Source: Eledone cirrhosa (taxonomy: Eukaryota). From it: a stretch of 64,000 nt of DNA. The number at the start of each line of letters is the position of its first letter. Positions within the stretch are counted from its first letter, which is position 1. The position numbers and the translations under genes are program-made. This document shows, piece after piece, positions 36,430 through 50,144 of the stretch. The notes beneath the pieces are model-generated. The model made no database searches. It had not been told where the DNA came from and saw only the letters and a program-made list of their open reading frames with translations. The DNA lies in contig OZ024743.1 of assembly GCA_964016885.1 (NCBI GenBank), positions 330,708,001 through 330,772,000 of the forward strand, read 5' to 3'.

Positions 36430-38663
36430 ATCCTAAAATAATTAATTTATTTAAAAGAGATCTTGACAATGATGAAATGCAAATTCTGTCAAAAGGACTG
36501 AAATTCACACCGACTCCAACAGTCAACCACCAAGAACTGAAGGAGGATACCCAAGAATTCTGTCGAAAATTACGTCTTGTAGAATTCTTCGCTGATAAAA
36601 ATAATGAGAGTGATGAATCACTAGTAAAGAATAAATCAAATTTCACTCCGCCAAAAGGAAGAAATATCTATCTCGACCAATACATTGACATCCTGTCTAA
36701 ATTTCCTCTTAGACATAATACTAATGTTAGGCCAAACATTAACAAATCAGAAATGTCTGCACTTAAACGTATACAAAATGATAAAACAATAATAATTAAA
36801 CAAGCAGATAAAGGGGGTGCAGTTGTTATAATGGATACTGAATACTACAAGGATTTGGTTGAGGAACAACTGAAAGACACAACATTCTATCATGAAATAC
36901 CGTCAAATATAGACCACAACATCATGAAGAAGATCAACAACCTGGCTTCAAAATACCACAACTCATTTACTGATAAGGAAAGAGACTACATCACCAATTT
37001 TGAGCCGAAACCCAGCAACCTGTATGGCCTACCGAAAGTTCACAAGTCAAAAGAAATACAACTGGCAGTAAGAGAACAAAACAGTGAGTACATTAAATTA
37101 TTACACCCAAAAGACTTAAAACTTAGACCTATTATAGCTGGTCCAACATGCCCCACTCACCGTCTAAGCAATTTTGTTGACATTATTTTGAAACCACTAT
37201 GTATTCACATACCCAGTTTCATCCGGGATGATATCGACTTCCTGTCCCATCTTCCTAAAACCACGGAAACGAATTCACTTCTACTCAGTTTTGATGTGGT
37301 AAGCCTTTACACCAACATTACACATGATTTAGGAATAAAGGCGGTTAAATACTGGGTGGAAAAACATAGAGAAGTGATTCCCATTAGATTCACAGCGCCA
37401 TTTATATTAGACGCAGTTAAACTTATTCTGGAAAACAACACTTTCTTCTTCAATGGAAAGAATTACATCCAAATTAGAGGCACAGCGATGGGAACGAAGT
37501 TTGCTCCCGTTTACGCGAACTCTGTAATGGGATACTTAGAACAACAACTCTACCAAGAAATAGAGGAAAAATATAGTACTGACTTTAGAAAGTACATTGA
37601 AAAATCTTGGAAGAGATACCTTGACGACTGTTTCATCATCTGGACAGAATCTCTAGATACTCTGGATGAGTTCAATATCCTCCTGAATAACCTACACCCA
37701 TCTCTCCAATTCACAAAAGAGATGAGTAGGACCAAATTACCATTCCTAGATATAATGATAATCAAAAACGACACCACCATTACCACGGATATATATTATA
37801 AACACACAGACACCCATCAATATCTGAATTTTAAGTCGTGCCATCCACCTCATACAAAACGCAACATCCCATACTGCCTAGCCAGAAGAATTTGTACCAT
37901 TGTAGAAGATACGAATACCAGGTACAAACGCCTAACAGAACTAAGAGAATTTTTGCTCAAACAAAAATACCCATCTCTACTTATAGAAAATGGCATACAG
38001 CGGGCTATAAAAATACCTATACAACAACTTAGAACAACCCAAAGAAGAAGAAACCAAGAACTGGTCATACCATTTATAATGACACACAACCCATGTCACC
38101 AGAATATCTTCAACACTGCCAAAGCAAACCTACCGATCATTGCTCAAAGTAATGAATTAAAAGGCTTAATCACAGATCGATCTTTGACTCTTAGTAAAAG
38201 ACAGCCAAAAAATTTGAAGCAATTGCTAACAAAAGCAAAGTTTGACCTTAACAACAAAGACCAATCATTCACTGTATCTAAATGCAATGATAATCGATGC
38301 GGCACATGTCAATCCATACACGCCGGTCAATATATGAAAACAAAAACTGGAAAAATATTCACAAATGCAAATATGAACTGCAAAAGCAGAAATCTAATTT
38401 ACTGCATTAAATGCCCGAATTGTGAAGAACTATATGTCGGTCAAACTGGAAATGCACTATCGGAACGTGCACGGGTACACCGTCAACAAATCAGAGACCC
38501 AAATGTCCGTCAGATACCCCTAAGCGGCCACCTGGCAACATGTGGTCAGGGAATATTTATAATATTCCCATTCTACAAATTACACAGCCCAAATGAAATC
38601 AAGAGAAAAATCAAAGAAAAGAATTTTATTGATAAATTCAAACCCAAGCTAAATGAACAATAA
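36351..38663 (+). CDS. PLE ORF2: RT plus GIY-YIG (first ATG 36477; frame open from 36336)
   Basis: IINL..LSKGLKF, ADKGGAVV, YGLPKVHK, LRPII, SFDVVSLYT, GTAMG, RYLDD, KCNDNRCGTC, NLIYCIKC..C..YVGQT, PKLN. Confidence 0.96.
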   Translation, partial: FFNVRTTKTEKRKTPGGNIPKTAVHVDPKIINLFKRDLDNDEMQILSKGLKFTPTPTVNHQELKEDTQEFCRKLRLVEFFADKNNESDESLVKNKSNFTPPKGRNIYLDQYIDILSKFPLRHNTNVRPNINKSEMSALKRIQNDKTIIIKQADKGGAVVIMDTEYYKDLVEEQLKDTTFYHEIPSNIDHNIMKKINNLASKYHNSFTDKERDYITNFEPKPSNLYGLPKVHKSKEIQLAVREQNSEYIKLLHPKDLKLRPIIAGPTCPTHRLSNFVDIILKPLCIHIPSFIRDDIDFLSHLPKTTETNSLLLSFDVVSLYTNITHDLGIKAVKYWVEKHREVIPIRFTAPFILDAVKLILENNTFFFNGKNYIQIRGTAMGTKFAPVYANSVMGYLEQQLYQEIEEKYSTDFRKYIEKSWKRYLDDCFIIWTESLDTLDEFNILLNNLHPSLQFTKEMSRTKLPFLDIMIIKNDTTITTDIYYKHTDTHQYLNFKSCHPPHTKRNIPYCLARRICTIVEDTNTRYKRLTELREFLLKQKYPSLLIENGIQRAIKIPIQQLRTTQRRRNQELVIPFIMTHNPCHQNIFNTAKANLPIIAQSNELKGLITDRSLTLSKRQPKNLKQLLTKAKFDLNNKDQSFTVSKCNDNRCGTCQSIHAGQYMKTKTGKIFTNANMNCKSRNLIYCIKCPNCEELYVGQTGNALSERARVHRQQIRDPNVRQIPLSGHLATCGQGIFIIFPFYKLHSPNEIKRKIKEKNFIDKFKPKLNEQ

Positions 38664-39038
38664 TAACGCCTAGGGGTATTACTTCTACTACCACTATGAC
38701 CACGACCACTAACAACAACAACAACAACAATAATAATAATAATAAAAGTGATGTTGATGGTGATGATTAATAGAAAATGCTATTTTCATCATTTCAAAAA
38801 AGCAAAACAATTGATACGTTGGATATGACTATTGGTCGTTAGCATCTTCAACCAGCCGTGACGCTTAAACCAATCAGCTGTAGTAATTCAGTGAAACTAC
38901 ACACTGATTGGTCGAAATACAGTTTACAGGGCTTTGCATTCTGGAGCCACTTTTCTCTGTATAAAATGTATAAAAGGTAGGAAATTTACCCATCTCATTA
39001 CAGTTGAAAATTGCAAACTCGACTGTCACCACATATCA

Positions 39039-39077
39039 TGAACCTGAAGATTGCGAAAGCATGAAAGTACTTGTTCA
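39039..39077 (+). ncRNA. Minimal hammerhead, 3' pLTR
   Basis: Identical to 34837-34875. Confidence 0.82.
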
Positions 39078-39481
39078 ATTAACACTTAGAATTTAATATT
39101 CTATCATACTATTTCATTATAATACCATTATATATATTTTAAAGGATTGTAAATAAAACGAGTAAATCAGACAAAGTTGGAATTCCTCTTATTAATATAA
39201 TCTTCTATACACAATCATACACACCCGTGTATATTTACCTATCTATATCTATATATATATACATATACATATATATATATATATATATACATATATATAC
39301 ATATACATACATATGTATATATAGATACATATATATATATACATATATATATATACATATATATACATATATATATACATATATATAGATATACATATAT
39401 ATGTATATATATATACATATACATACATATACATATATATATACATATATATAATATACATATATATATATATACATATAT

Positions 39482-39514
<33 letters not shown>

Positions 39515-39573
39515 TATATATACATATATATACATATACATATATATGTATATATATATACATATATATATGT

Positions 39574-40061
39574 GTAGGAGGTGAGTTTTATTGTAGTACA
39601 ATAAAGCAATGCAGATATGGGATAAGAAGCACTCTACAGTTTGTAGGACTGGAGTATACATAATATATAAGATCAAAAGATGGTTAAAGGAGTTCCATGT
39701 ATTTTATTATGCGCATTTCAAAAACAAACATCATCATGCAATAATATTTGTGTTTTCATCAGATAAAACAGGAGAACATGATATGAAGGCTAAAAAACAC
39801 TTGTGGATAGTGCAGTTTTAAATCAACTTATAAAAAGTAGTTTTAGATTGATGTGTGATATTGGGAAAAATATTTTATTTAGAGAGGGGGGGGAAAGATG
39901 AGAAAAGGGGAGGAGATGAGAGTGAAGGTGGAGAGGGAGAGATGGGTGATAGAGAGAAAGAGATAGTTTTTATAACTGAGAGAAGATATATTGTTTTACA
40001 TAGAGAGGTTGAGAACCGTTGGAAGATAATGTATAAATTAAAAGAATTTGAAAATTAACGA
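39574..40061 (-). repeat. Inverted pLTR arm (with long tail) of the family-9 PLE at 46050-48498
   Basis: 39660-40061 matches the reverse complement of 47893-48060 and 48110-48498; GAGTGCT at 39628-39634 (minus). Confidence 0.88.
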
Positions 40062-40077
40062 TATATATATGTATATA

Positions 40078-40109
<32 letters not shown>

Positions 40110-40271
40110 CATATATATACATATATATATATATATACATATATACATAAAATATATATATACATATATATACATATATATATATATATACATATATACA
40201 TATACATATATATATACATATACATATATATATACATATACATATATATATATATATACATATACATATAC

Positions 40272-40304
<33 letters not shown>

Positions 40305-40327
40305 CATATACATACATATATATATAC

Positions 40328-40366
<39 letters not shown>

Positions 40367-40375
40367 CATATATAC

Positions 40376-40408
<33 letters not shown>

Positions 40409-40509
40409 CATATATACATATATACATGTATATATATATACATATATACATATATATATACAAATATATATATATACATATATATATATACACATATATA
40501 TATATACAC

Positions 40510-40560
<51 letters not shown>

Positions 40561-40573
40561 CATATATATATAC

Positions 40574-40620
<47 letters not shown>

Positions 40621-40657
40621 CATATATATATACATATATATATACATATATATATAC

Positions 40658-40708
<51 letters not shown>

Positions 40709-40721
40709 CATATATATATAC

Positions 40722-40768
<47 letters not shown>

Positions 40769-40881
40769 CATATATATATATACATATATATATATATACA
40801 TATGTATATATATATACATATATATATATACATATATATATATACATATATACATATATATTTATATATACATATATATAT

Positions 40882-40914
<33 letters not shown>

Positions 40915-40931
40915 TATATATACGTATATAC

Positions 40932-40966
<35 letters not shown>

Positions 40967-40975
40967 CATATATAC

Positions 40976-41062
<87 letters not shown>

Positions 41063-41066
41063 CATA
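40062..41066. repeat. kb-scale degenerate (TA)n/TACA array
   Basis: Similar arrays at ~33770-34357, 44358-46050 and 48490-50140. Confidence 0.95.
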
Positions 41067-41267
41067 TAGGAACCAGTAAGACCCCGACAGCTGAGCTCAA
41101 GCCGTTTCGACGGCTAATTCTGGACTGAGTCCAGAATTAGCCGTCGAAACGGCTTGAGCTCAGCTGTCGGGGTCTTACTGGTTCCTATTACCCACTCTAC
41201 TACCTCAAGCATTGAGTACTTTGGTGCGTTATGGTCCACCTGGTTCCTTACCACATTTCCTTCGTTA
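41067..41267 (+). mobile_element. Hairpin mini-element, family 3
   Basis: ~60-bp inverted arms centred ~41127 plus long tail ending ccttcgtta; TA flanks. Confidence 0.9.
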
Positions 41268-41276
41268 TATATATAC

Positions 41277-41307
<31 letters not shown>

Positions 41308-41322
41308 CATATATATATATAC

Positions 41323-41369
<47 letters not shown>

Positions 41370-41400
41370 CATATATAAATATATACATATATAAATATAC

Positions 41401-41437
<37 letters not shown>

Positions 41438-41442
41438 CATAT

Positions 41443-41489
<47 letters not shown>

Positions 41490-41497
41490 CATATATA

Positions 41498-44322
41498 CAT
41501 CATCATCATCATCATCAGGTTTAGCGTCCGTGTTCCACGCTTGCATGGGTTTGGACGGGGGTTTTCCCACTTGAGGCAAGAGTGGTTGTCTTGCTCGCAT
41601 AGGACTGTCTGGCGGGTTTTCAACAGTTGGATGCCCTTCCTAACACCAACCACATTTACAGTGTGGGGCTGGGAGGTTTTTACCGTGTTGCCTACACGGC
41701 CACATTACAGCGTGGACTGTCTGGCGGGTTTTCTACAGCTGGATGCCCTTCCTAACACCAACCACATTTACAGTGTGGGGCTGGGAGGTTTTTACCGTGT
41801 TGCCTACACGGCCACATTTACAGCGTGGACTGTGTGTTTTTTGTCGTGACACCTACACGATCTCATTTGTTTCGGCCTGGATGTTGTGGGACCAACATAA
41901 CTTTACATTGAAAGGGGCGGTGTGGGTGGGGTGGAGGTGGTGGGACGGGGGTGTGTTTTGATAGAGATGCCTACTGACTGTAGTAGGTTTTTACTTTGTA
42001 TTTAGGTAAGGCGGGTCTTCTCTATTACTGAGTACCGCCAAAGGTCTCGGTCCAGTGACATTGTCTTGGAGAGGTGTAAGCGTGTGAGGTTGGAATTTAT
42101 CAGCTCGTCCCATGTTTTTCTGGGTCTGCCTACTCCGTGGCTACCGTCTATCTTTATTGCCCTGCACTTTGTTATACAGCTGTCGTCTTTCATGCGCATC
42201 ACGTGTCCATACCAACGTAGCCTTCTCTCGAGTAAACAACATCTGATCCCTCTTATTTCTAATTTTTTCCTTAGTTCGTTTATGCTTTGCCGTTCACGTA
42301 TATTACTATTGCACATCCAGCGGAGCATGCAAGCTTCGTTCCTCTCTAGTCTGCGTATATCCTCTGCACACAATGCCAAGGTCTCACTGCCATGCAGGCA
42401 TTGCTGTTCGTATGCAGGCATCGTATAACCTGCCTTTCATTTTTAGGGAGAACCCTCTAGCGGCTATAATGGTATAAGCTCTCTGAACTTTTTCCATCCA
42501 GTTCTGACTCTAGCTACTGTACTTTCAGAGCACCCTCCCCCACTGCTGATTTTGTCACCCAGATAACGGAAGCTGTCCACTATTTCTATAGAACCCTCTG
42601 CGCAGTTGAAGGAGCTAGTATTTTGTGGGCACTTGCTGCTACTTATTGCACCAGAGCACGGCCACAGTAAAATCTATGTTCTTAGTTAGCTTACCTGTGA
42701 TCCCACTACATCTTTTATGCACCCATACTTTGCATTTGGGACATAAAATGGAGTTTCTACCTACGCCTTTCCTACACACTGAGCATGGCCATTTCCCGAT
42801 GGGACCGCCGCCTTATTTTTCTTTCCTACAAACTAGAAACTTTAGTCTTAGCCAGGTTAATTTAAGGCCTTTTGATTCTAGGGCCGTGCTTCCACGTTGG
42901 AATTTCTTCTCTAGTTCGGTCCATTGATTCAGCTATGAGCGTTAGATCATCTGCGTATAGGAGTTCCCATGGGCAGCCCGGTCTTGAACTCCTCTGTTAT
43001 AGCCTGAAGGGCAATAATAAATAGGTAGGGGGGCTAAGTACAGAGCCCTGATGGACACCAACTTTTACGCTAAACTCTTCACTATATTCGTTGTTAATTC
43101 TAACCTTACTGACTGTTTTCTTTATACATGGCTTGTATAGCTCTCACAAGCCATTCGTCAACACCTAGTTTTCTAAGAGACCACCAGATAATGGAACGGG
43201 GGACTCTGTCGAAGGCTTTCTCCAAGTCGACAAAAGCTAAGTATAGGGGTTTTACTTTTAGCTAGGTACTTCTCCTGTAGTTGTCGTACAATGAAAAGAG
43301 CGTCTGTGGTACTTTTGCCTGACACAAACCCGAACTGCATTTCATCTAGATCAATTCTCTCTCTGATTAGTTGCGCTATTACTTTTTCCGTGACCTTCAT
43401 GACCTGTCGATTAATTTAATGCCTCTATAGTTTACTCCTATCTAGGGCATCTCCTTTTCCCTTATAGCAGTTAACGATGATGCTGCTACGCCATTCCTTC
43501 GGAACAACCCCATTCTGTACGACTTGGTTAACTATCCGGGTGACCATGGTGTGTCCCCACCGAACCAGATGCCTTCAGCATCTCAGCAACTATTTCCGAA
43601 GGCCCAGCCGCCTTACCCCGTCTTCATATCTTTGATTGCCTTACTTATTATACTACCTTCAACTAACACTGCTGGTCCCTCTATTGGATCGATCTGGGGG
43701 GAGACTGTCTTCTCCCATTTGTTTCTCCTCATTTAGAAGCCTTTCGTAGTGACACTTCCAAGCTACCTTCTTATCAGCGTCGGTGGTGGCAAGTATGCCA
43801 TCATCGTTAAGTACACACTTCTCCCGACAATATCACGGTTTTCCTTGACACATTGCCTGGCAATCCTGAACACCTCACGTTTTTGGTCCTCACGTTGTAG
43901 AACATGCTTGAACTTTCTTTCCTCTGCTTCCCTTCTTGCGAAGTACACTTGTCTCCTAGCTTCCCTCCTGGCCACTTGATAGTCTTCTCTACTTACCCCA
44001 TCCCGCCATACTTTCCAAGCCTGCTTTTTGGCCTTAATTGACTCCTCCAGCTTACTGTTCCACCACCATGTTACTCTCCTCCTACCTACAGGCCTGCTCC
44101 AGCCACAGACTTCGTCTGCCGCCGTCAGCAGGTTTGCTCTCAGGAATTCCCACTGTTCCTCTATATTATACGACTCTAATTGCTCTTCCTTACTGTCGAA
44201 AGCGTCAAGTAATTTGCTTTGAAATTTATTTCTGGCTATGGGGTCCTTTAGCTTCCATATTTTTCTCCTGAGGATAGTCCTCTCCGCTGTCTAGTACGTC
44301 CTCGTCCCTGACTATGAGGTCG
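41498..44322 (-). mobile_element. 5'-truncated, frameshifted RTE/RTE-X-type LINE with (ATG)n tail
   Basis: QFGFVSGKSTTDALF, GVHQGSVLSP, LLYADDL, Cys-rich WPCSVCRKGVGRNSILC..C..WVHKRC, RRLRWYGHVMR, GRPRKTW; ~110-bp tandem duplication in the 3' UTR. Confidence 0.92.
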
Positions 44323-44594
44323 CTAATTAATCAGTCTATGTTGGGAGGTGAATTCTTCATATATATATATATATATACATATATAATTATATATACATAT
44401 ATATATATATAGATATATATATATATATATATAAATATATACATATATATATATATACATATATAAATATATATATACATATATATATATATACATATAT
44501 ATATATAACAATATATATACATATATATACATAATACATATAAAATATATACATATAATATATATATACATATATACATACATATATTATATAC

Positions 44595-44626
<32 letters not shown>

Positions 44627-44848
44627 TATATACATTTATATATAAATAATGTAATATATATATGTATATTATGTATATATATATATATATGTATATATAT
44701 ATTATGTATATATATTATATATCATAGTATATATTACAGATATACATATGTATATATGTAAATATATAAATATATATGTATATATATATGTATATATATA
44801 TAATGTTATATATATGATATTGTATATATGTATATATATATATATGTA

Positions 44849-44886
<38 letters not shown>

Positions 44887-44887
44887 G

Positions 44888-44923
<36 letters not shown>

Positions 44924-44952
44924 TATGTATATATTATATATATGTATATATT

Positions 44953-45027
<75 letters not shown>

Positions 45028-45091
45028 GTATATATATATAGTATATATATAGTGTATATATATATAGTATATATATATATATGTATATATG

Positions 45092-45122
<31 letters not shown>

Positions 45123-45131
45123 GTATATATG

Positions 45132-45166
<35 letters not shown>

Positions 45167-45179
45167 GTATATATATATG

Positions 45180-45245
<66 letters not shown>

Positions 45246-45333
45246 TATATATATATGTATATATATGTGTGTGTGTATATATGTATATATATATATTTAT
45301 ATATATATGTATATATATATATATGTATATATG

Positions 45334-45365
<32 letters not shown>

Positions 45366-45513
45366 AGTATATATGTATATATATATATATATGTATATAT
45401 ATATGTATATAGATATATATAGGTATATATGTATATATATATATATATATACATATATAAAGGTATATATGTATATATATATATGTATATATGTATATAT
45501 TAATATATATATG

Positions 45514-45544
<31 letters not shown>

Positions 45545-45577
45545 GTGTGTATATATATATATATATGTATATATATG

Positions 45578-45650
<73 letters not shown>

Positions 45651-45976
45651 GTATATATATATTATATAAGTATATATATATATATGTATATATATATATG
45701 TATATATATATGTATATATATACATATAGACATATATATGTATATATATACATATATACATATATATGTATATATATATACATATATACATATATATGTA
45801 TATATATATATATACATATATACATATATATGTATATATATATACATATATATATATATATACATATATATGTATATATATATACATATATATATACATA
45901 TATATATACATATATATATACATATATACATATATATGTATATGTAGGAGGTGAGTTTTATTGTAGTACAATAAAG

Positions 45977-46042
<66 letters not shown>

Positions 46043-46049
46043 CATATAT

Positions 46050-48498
46050 ATATACTATCCTAAATTGCAATATAGTTAACCTTAATATTATTAAGAACAA
46101 TATACGTAATCTCTTTAACCAACATAACCTAAAAATTGAATTTGATAATAGTATCAAACTAGCTAATTTCTTGGATGTATCTCTTAATCTTGACACTCGC
46201 CCATATTACCCTTTCCATAAAAACAACGAGAACCTAAATTATGTTAATTTTAAATCTAACCGTCCTACCAATATCAAGAATGCTATAGTTAGTAATATTG
46301 GAAAAAGAATATCTAACATATCTTCTAATAAAAACATCTTTGATGCTCACGCCAATTACTATAATAACGCACTTTCTAAAGCCGGCTATCCAGATAAAAT
46401 CAAATATAGTAAAGAAACAAATTCTAGAAAAACTTACAGTAGAATAATTAATCATGATCATTCCAATAATTTTAATAAAAGACCTAGATACAAAAACATA
46501 ATCTGGTATAATGCTCCTTTCTCCATCTCTATTAATAACAATATTCCTAAATTATTTTTTAGTGCCTTAAATAAATGCTTCCCTCCCTCACATATCTATA
46601 GTAAAATATTTAACAAACACACCATCAAATTTTCTTATTCTACATCCTCCAATATTTCCAACATCATCTCTAAACACAACAATAAAATACTAAATACTAA
46701 ATCTCTTCCTTCCACCATTGAATTTCATAATAACAGTAATAGTACTCCCGACGTCATTGTAAACCCTAGGCTAACTTCTGTAAACCCAAATACAACGTCA
46801 AACACAACTTCGCTAAATGTTCATAATCCAACTCTAAATCAAGAATCTATTATTCCTATTATTCCTATCGCAAACAACTTCTCCAATCCAATTCTTTCTA
46901 TAGATAACACTAGGTCACTCATTAATAATCTCTCTAATTGCAACTGCCGCATTAAAAATAAATGTTCTCTCAACAACCATTGTCTCGATAAAAACTTAAT
47001 TTATGAATGTAAAATTATAACTAGCACCAATTCCTTCACCTATTGTGGCTCCACTTCCACCTCTTTTAAAGCTCGTCTCTATAATCATCATTCATCTTTC
47101 AAATACAAACTTAAAAGAACTAACACGGCTCTCTCAGAACTCATATGGTCCTTGAAAGACAAAAACATTAAATATACCATCTTTTGGAAGAAGGTTTCTT
47201 CTGCATCCTCATACTTGAACAGCTCTCTATCTAAAATCTGTAATCTCTGCCTAAATGAAAAATGTACCATTATCTCTAACCTAGATTCTATAATAAATAG
47301 ACGTACAGATTTGTTTTCTATCTGCCTGCATAAATTCCATAGGACTTTTCACAAAGTATACAGTTAATATTCAATTCTTTATCAATTTAGAATCTTTTCT
47401 CAAAGGCACATATACATACACCTCTTTAAAATATACCCATCTTCCTACCTTACTTTAAAGGGCATTATACACTCTATAATACTTGTTTACTAATTACCCT
47501 CTTTCTATCTTCACCTTGTAAAATCCTTCATAACATATACATTTGTTTTTTTGACGTTAGAATATTCATCCGCAATCATTATTATTTTTTCTCTCTATCA
47601 TAAAACTTTTTAATCTCAATTTCATCCTTAATTTATTATTTTTTTCTCCCCATCAACGAACTCATTCTTAATACATATTAACTCTTTATTCGCATATATT
47701 ATCAATTCCTTCAATATACAAACTTTAACTTCACATTATTTTTCTCAAATCCTTCTACACACAAACCTTAATAATTTTTCTCTTCGTTAATTTTGAAATT
47801 GCCACAATACTTATCAACATACACTTTTTTTGACGTTAGAATATTCATCCACAATTATTATTTTTTCTCTCTATCTTCATACATAAATTCCCTTCGTTAA
47901 TTTTCAAATTCCTTTAATTTATACATTATCTTCCAACGGTTCTCAACCTCTCTATGTAAAACAATATATCTTTTATCAGTTATAAAAACTATCTCTTTCT
48001 CTCTATCACCCATCTCTCCCTCTCCACCTTCACTCTCATCTCCTCCCCCTTTTTTTCATCCTCCCCCACTCCCTAAATAAAATATTTTTTCCTCGCACAT
48101 ATCCTCCCTTCGTTAATTTTCAATTTCTTTTAATTTATACATTATCTTCCAACGATTTTCAACCTCTCTATGTAAAACAATATATCTCCTCTCAGTTATA
48201 AAAACTATCTCTTTCTCTCTATCACCCATCTCTCCCTGTCATCTCCTCCCCTTTTTCATCCTTCCCCCCCCCCTCTCTAAATAAAATATTTTTCCCAATA
48301 TCACACATCACTCTAAAACCACTTTTCATATGTTGATTTAAAACTGCACTATCCACAAGTGTTTTTAGCCTTAATATCATGTTCTCCTGTTTTATCTGAT
48401 GAAAACACAAATATTATTGCATGATGATGTTTGTTTTTGAAATGTGCATAATAAAATACATGAAACTCCTTTAACCATCTTTTGATCTTATATTATAT
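46050..48498 (+). mobile_element. 5'-truncated PLE family 9 (ORF ~46055-47367, 3' UTR with internal duplications)
   Basis: [38 protein letters not shown]. Confidence 0.9.
48389..48457 (+). ncRNA. Type-I hammerhead
   Basis: ttttat-CTGATGA-aaacacaa...ttgttttt-GAAA-tgtgca-TA-ataaaa; the inverted copy has palindromic tgcgca. Confidence 0.8.
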
Positions 48499-49201
48499 AT
48501 GTATATATATATACATATATATACATATATATACATATATACATATATATACATATATACATATATATGTATATATACATATATATACATATATACATAT
48601 ATATACATATATACATATATATGCATATATACATATATATACATATATACATATATATGTATATATATACATATATACATATATATGTATATATATATAT
48701 ACATATATATATATATACATATATACACATATATACATATATACATATATATATATATACATATATATATACATATATATCTATAATATATATACATATA
48801 TATGTATATATATATACATATATATATATATACATATATATACATATACATATATATATACATATATACACATATATACATATATACATATATATATATA
48901 TACATATATATATACATATATATCTATATATATATACATATATATGTATATATATATATACATATATATATATATAAATATATATACATATACATATATA
49001 TATATATACATATATATACATATACATATATATGTATATATATATACATATATATACATATACATATATACATATATATATATATATACATATATACATA
49101 TATATACATATGTATATATATACATATATATACATATATATATATACATATATATGTACATATATATATATACACATATATATATATACACATATATATA
49201 C

Positions 49202-49234
<33 letters not shown>

Positions 49235-49247
49235 CATATATATATAC

Positions 49248-49278
<31 letters not shown>

Positions 49279-49280
49279 CA

Positions 49281-49328
<48 letters not shown>

Positions 49329-49341
49329 CATATATATATAC

Positions 49342-49396
<55 letters not shown>

Positions 49397-49409
49397 CATA
49401 TATATAAAC

Positions 49410-49456
<47 letters not shown>

Positions 49457-49626
49457 CATATATATATATACATATATATATATACATATATATATACATA
49501 AAATATATATATACATATATATACATATATATATATATATATACATATATACATATACATATATATATACATATACATATATATATATACATATACATAT
49601 ATATATACATATACATATACATATAC

Positions 49627-49695
<69 letters not shown>

Positions 49696-49794
49696 CATAT
49701 ACATACATATATATATATATATACATATATATACATATATATATATATACATATATATATATGTATACATATATATATATGTATACATATATAC

Positions 49795-49851
<57 letters not shown>

Positions 49852-49860
49852 CATATATAC

Positions 49861-49897
<37 letters not shown>

Positions 49898-49966
49898 CAT
49901 ATATACATATATACATATATATATAAATATATACATATATATATATACAAATATATATATATATAC

Positions 49967-50011
<45 letters not shown>

Positions 50012-50012
50012 C

Positions 50013-50065
<53 letters not shown>

Positions 50066-50074
50066 CATATATAC

Positions 50075-50105
<31 letters not shown>

Positions 50106-50144
50106 CATATATACATATATACATATATATATATAGATATATAT

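Larger units (their letters stand above)
34358..39240 (+). mobile_element. Full-length Neptune-like PLE (family 8), partial tandem with near-identical pLTRs (34358-~35040 / 38560-~39240)
   Basis: Direct repeats offset by 4202 nt with about two differences seen; upstream copy begins in the ORF C-terminus ([12 protein letters not shown]). Confidence 0.97.
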
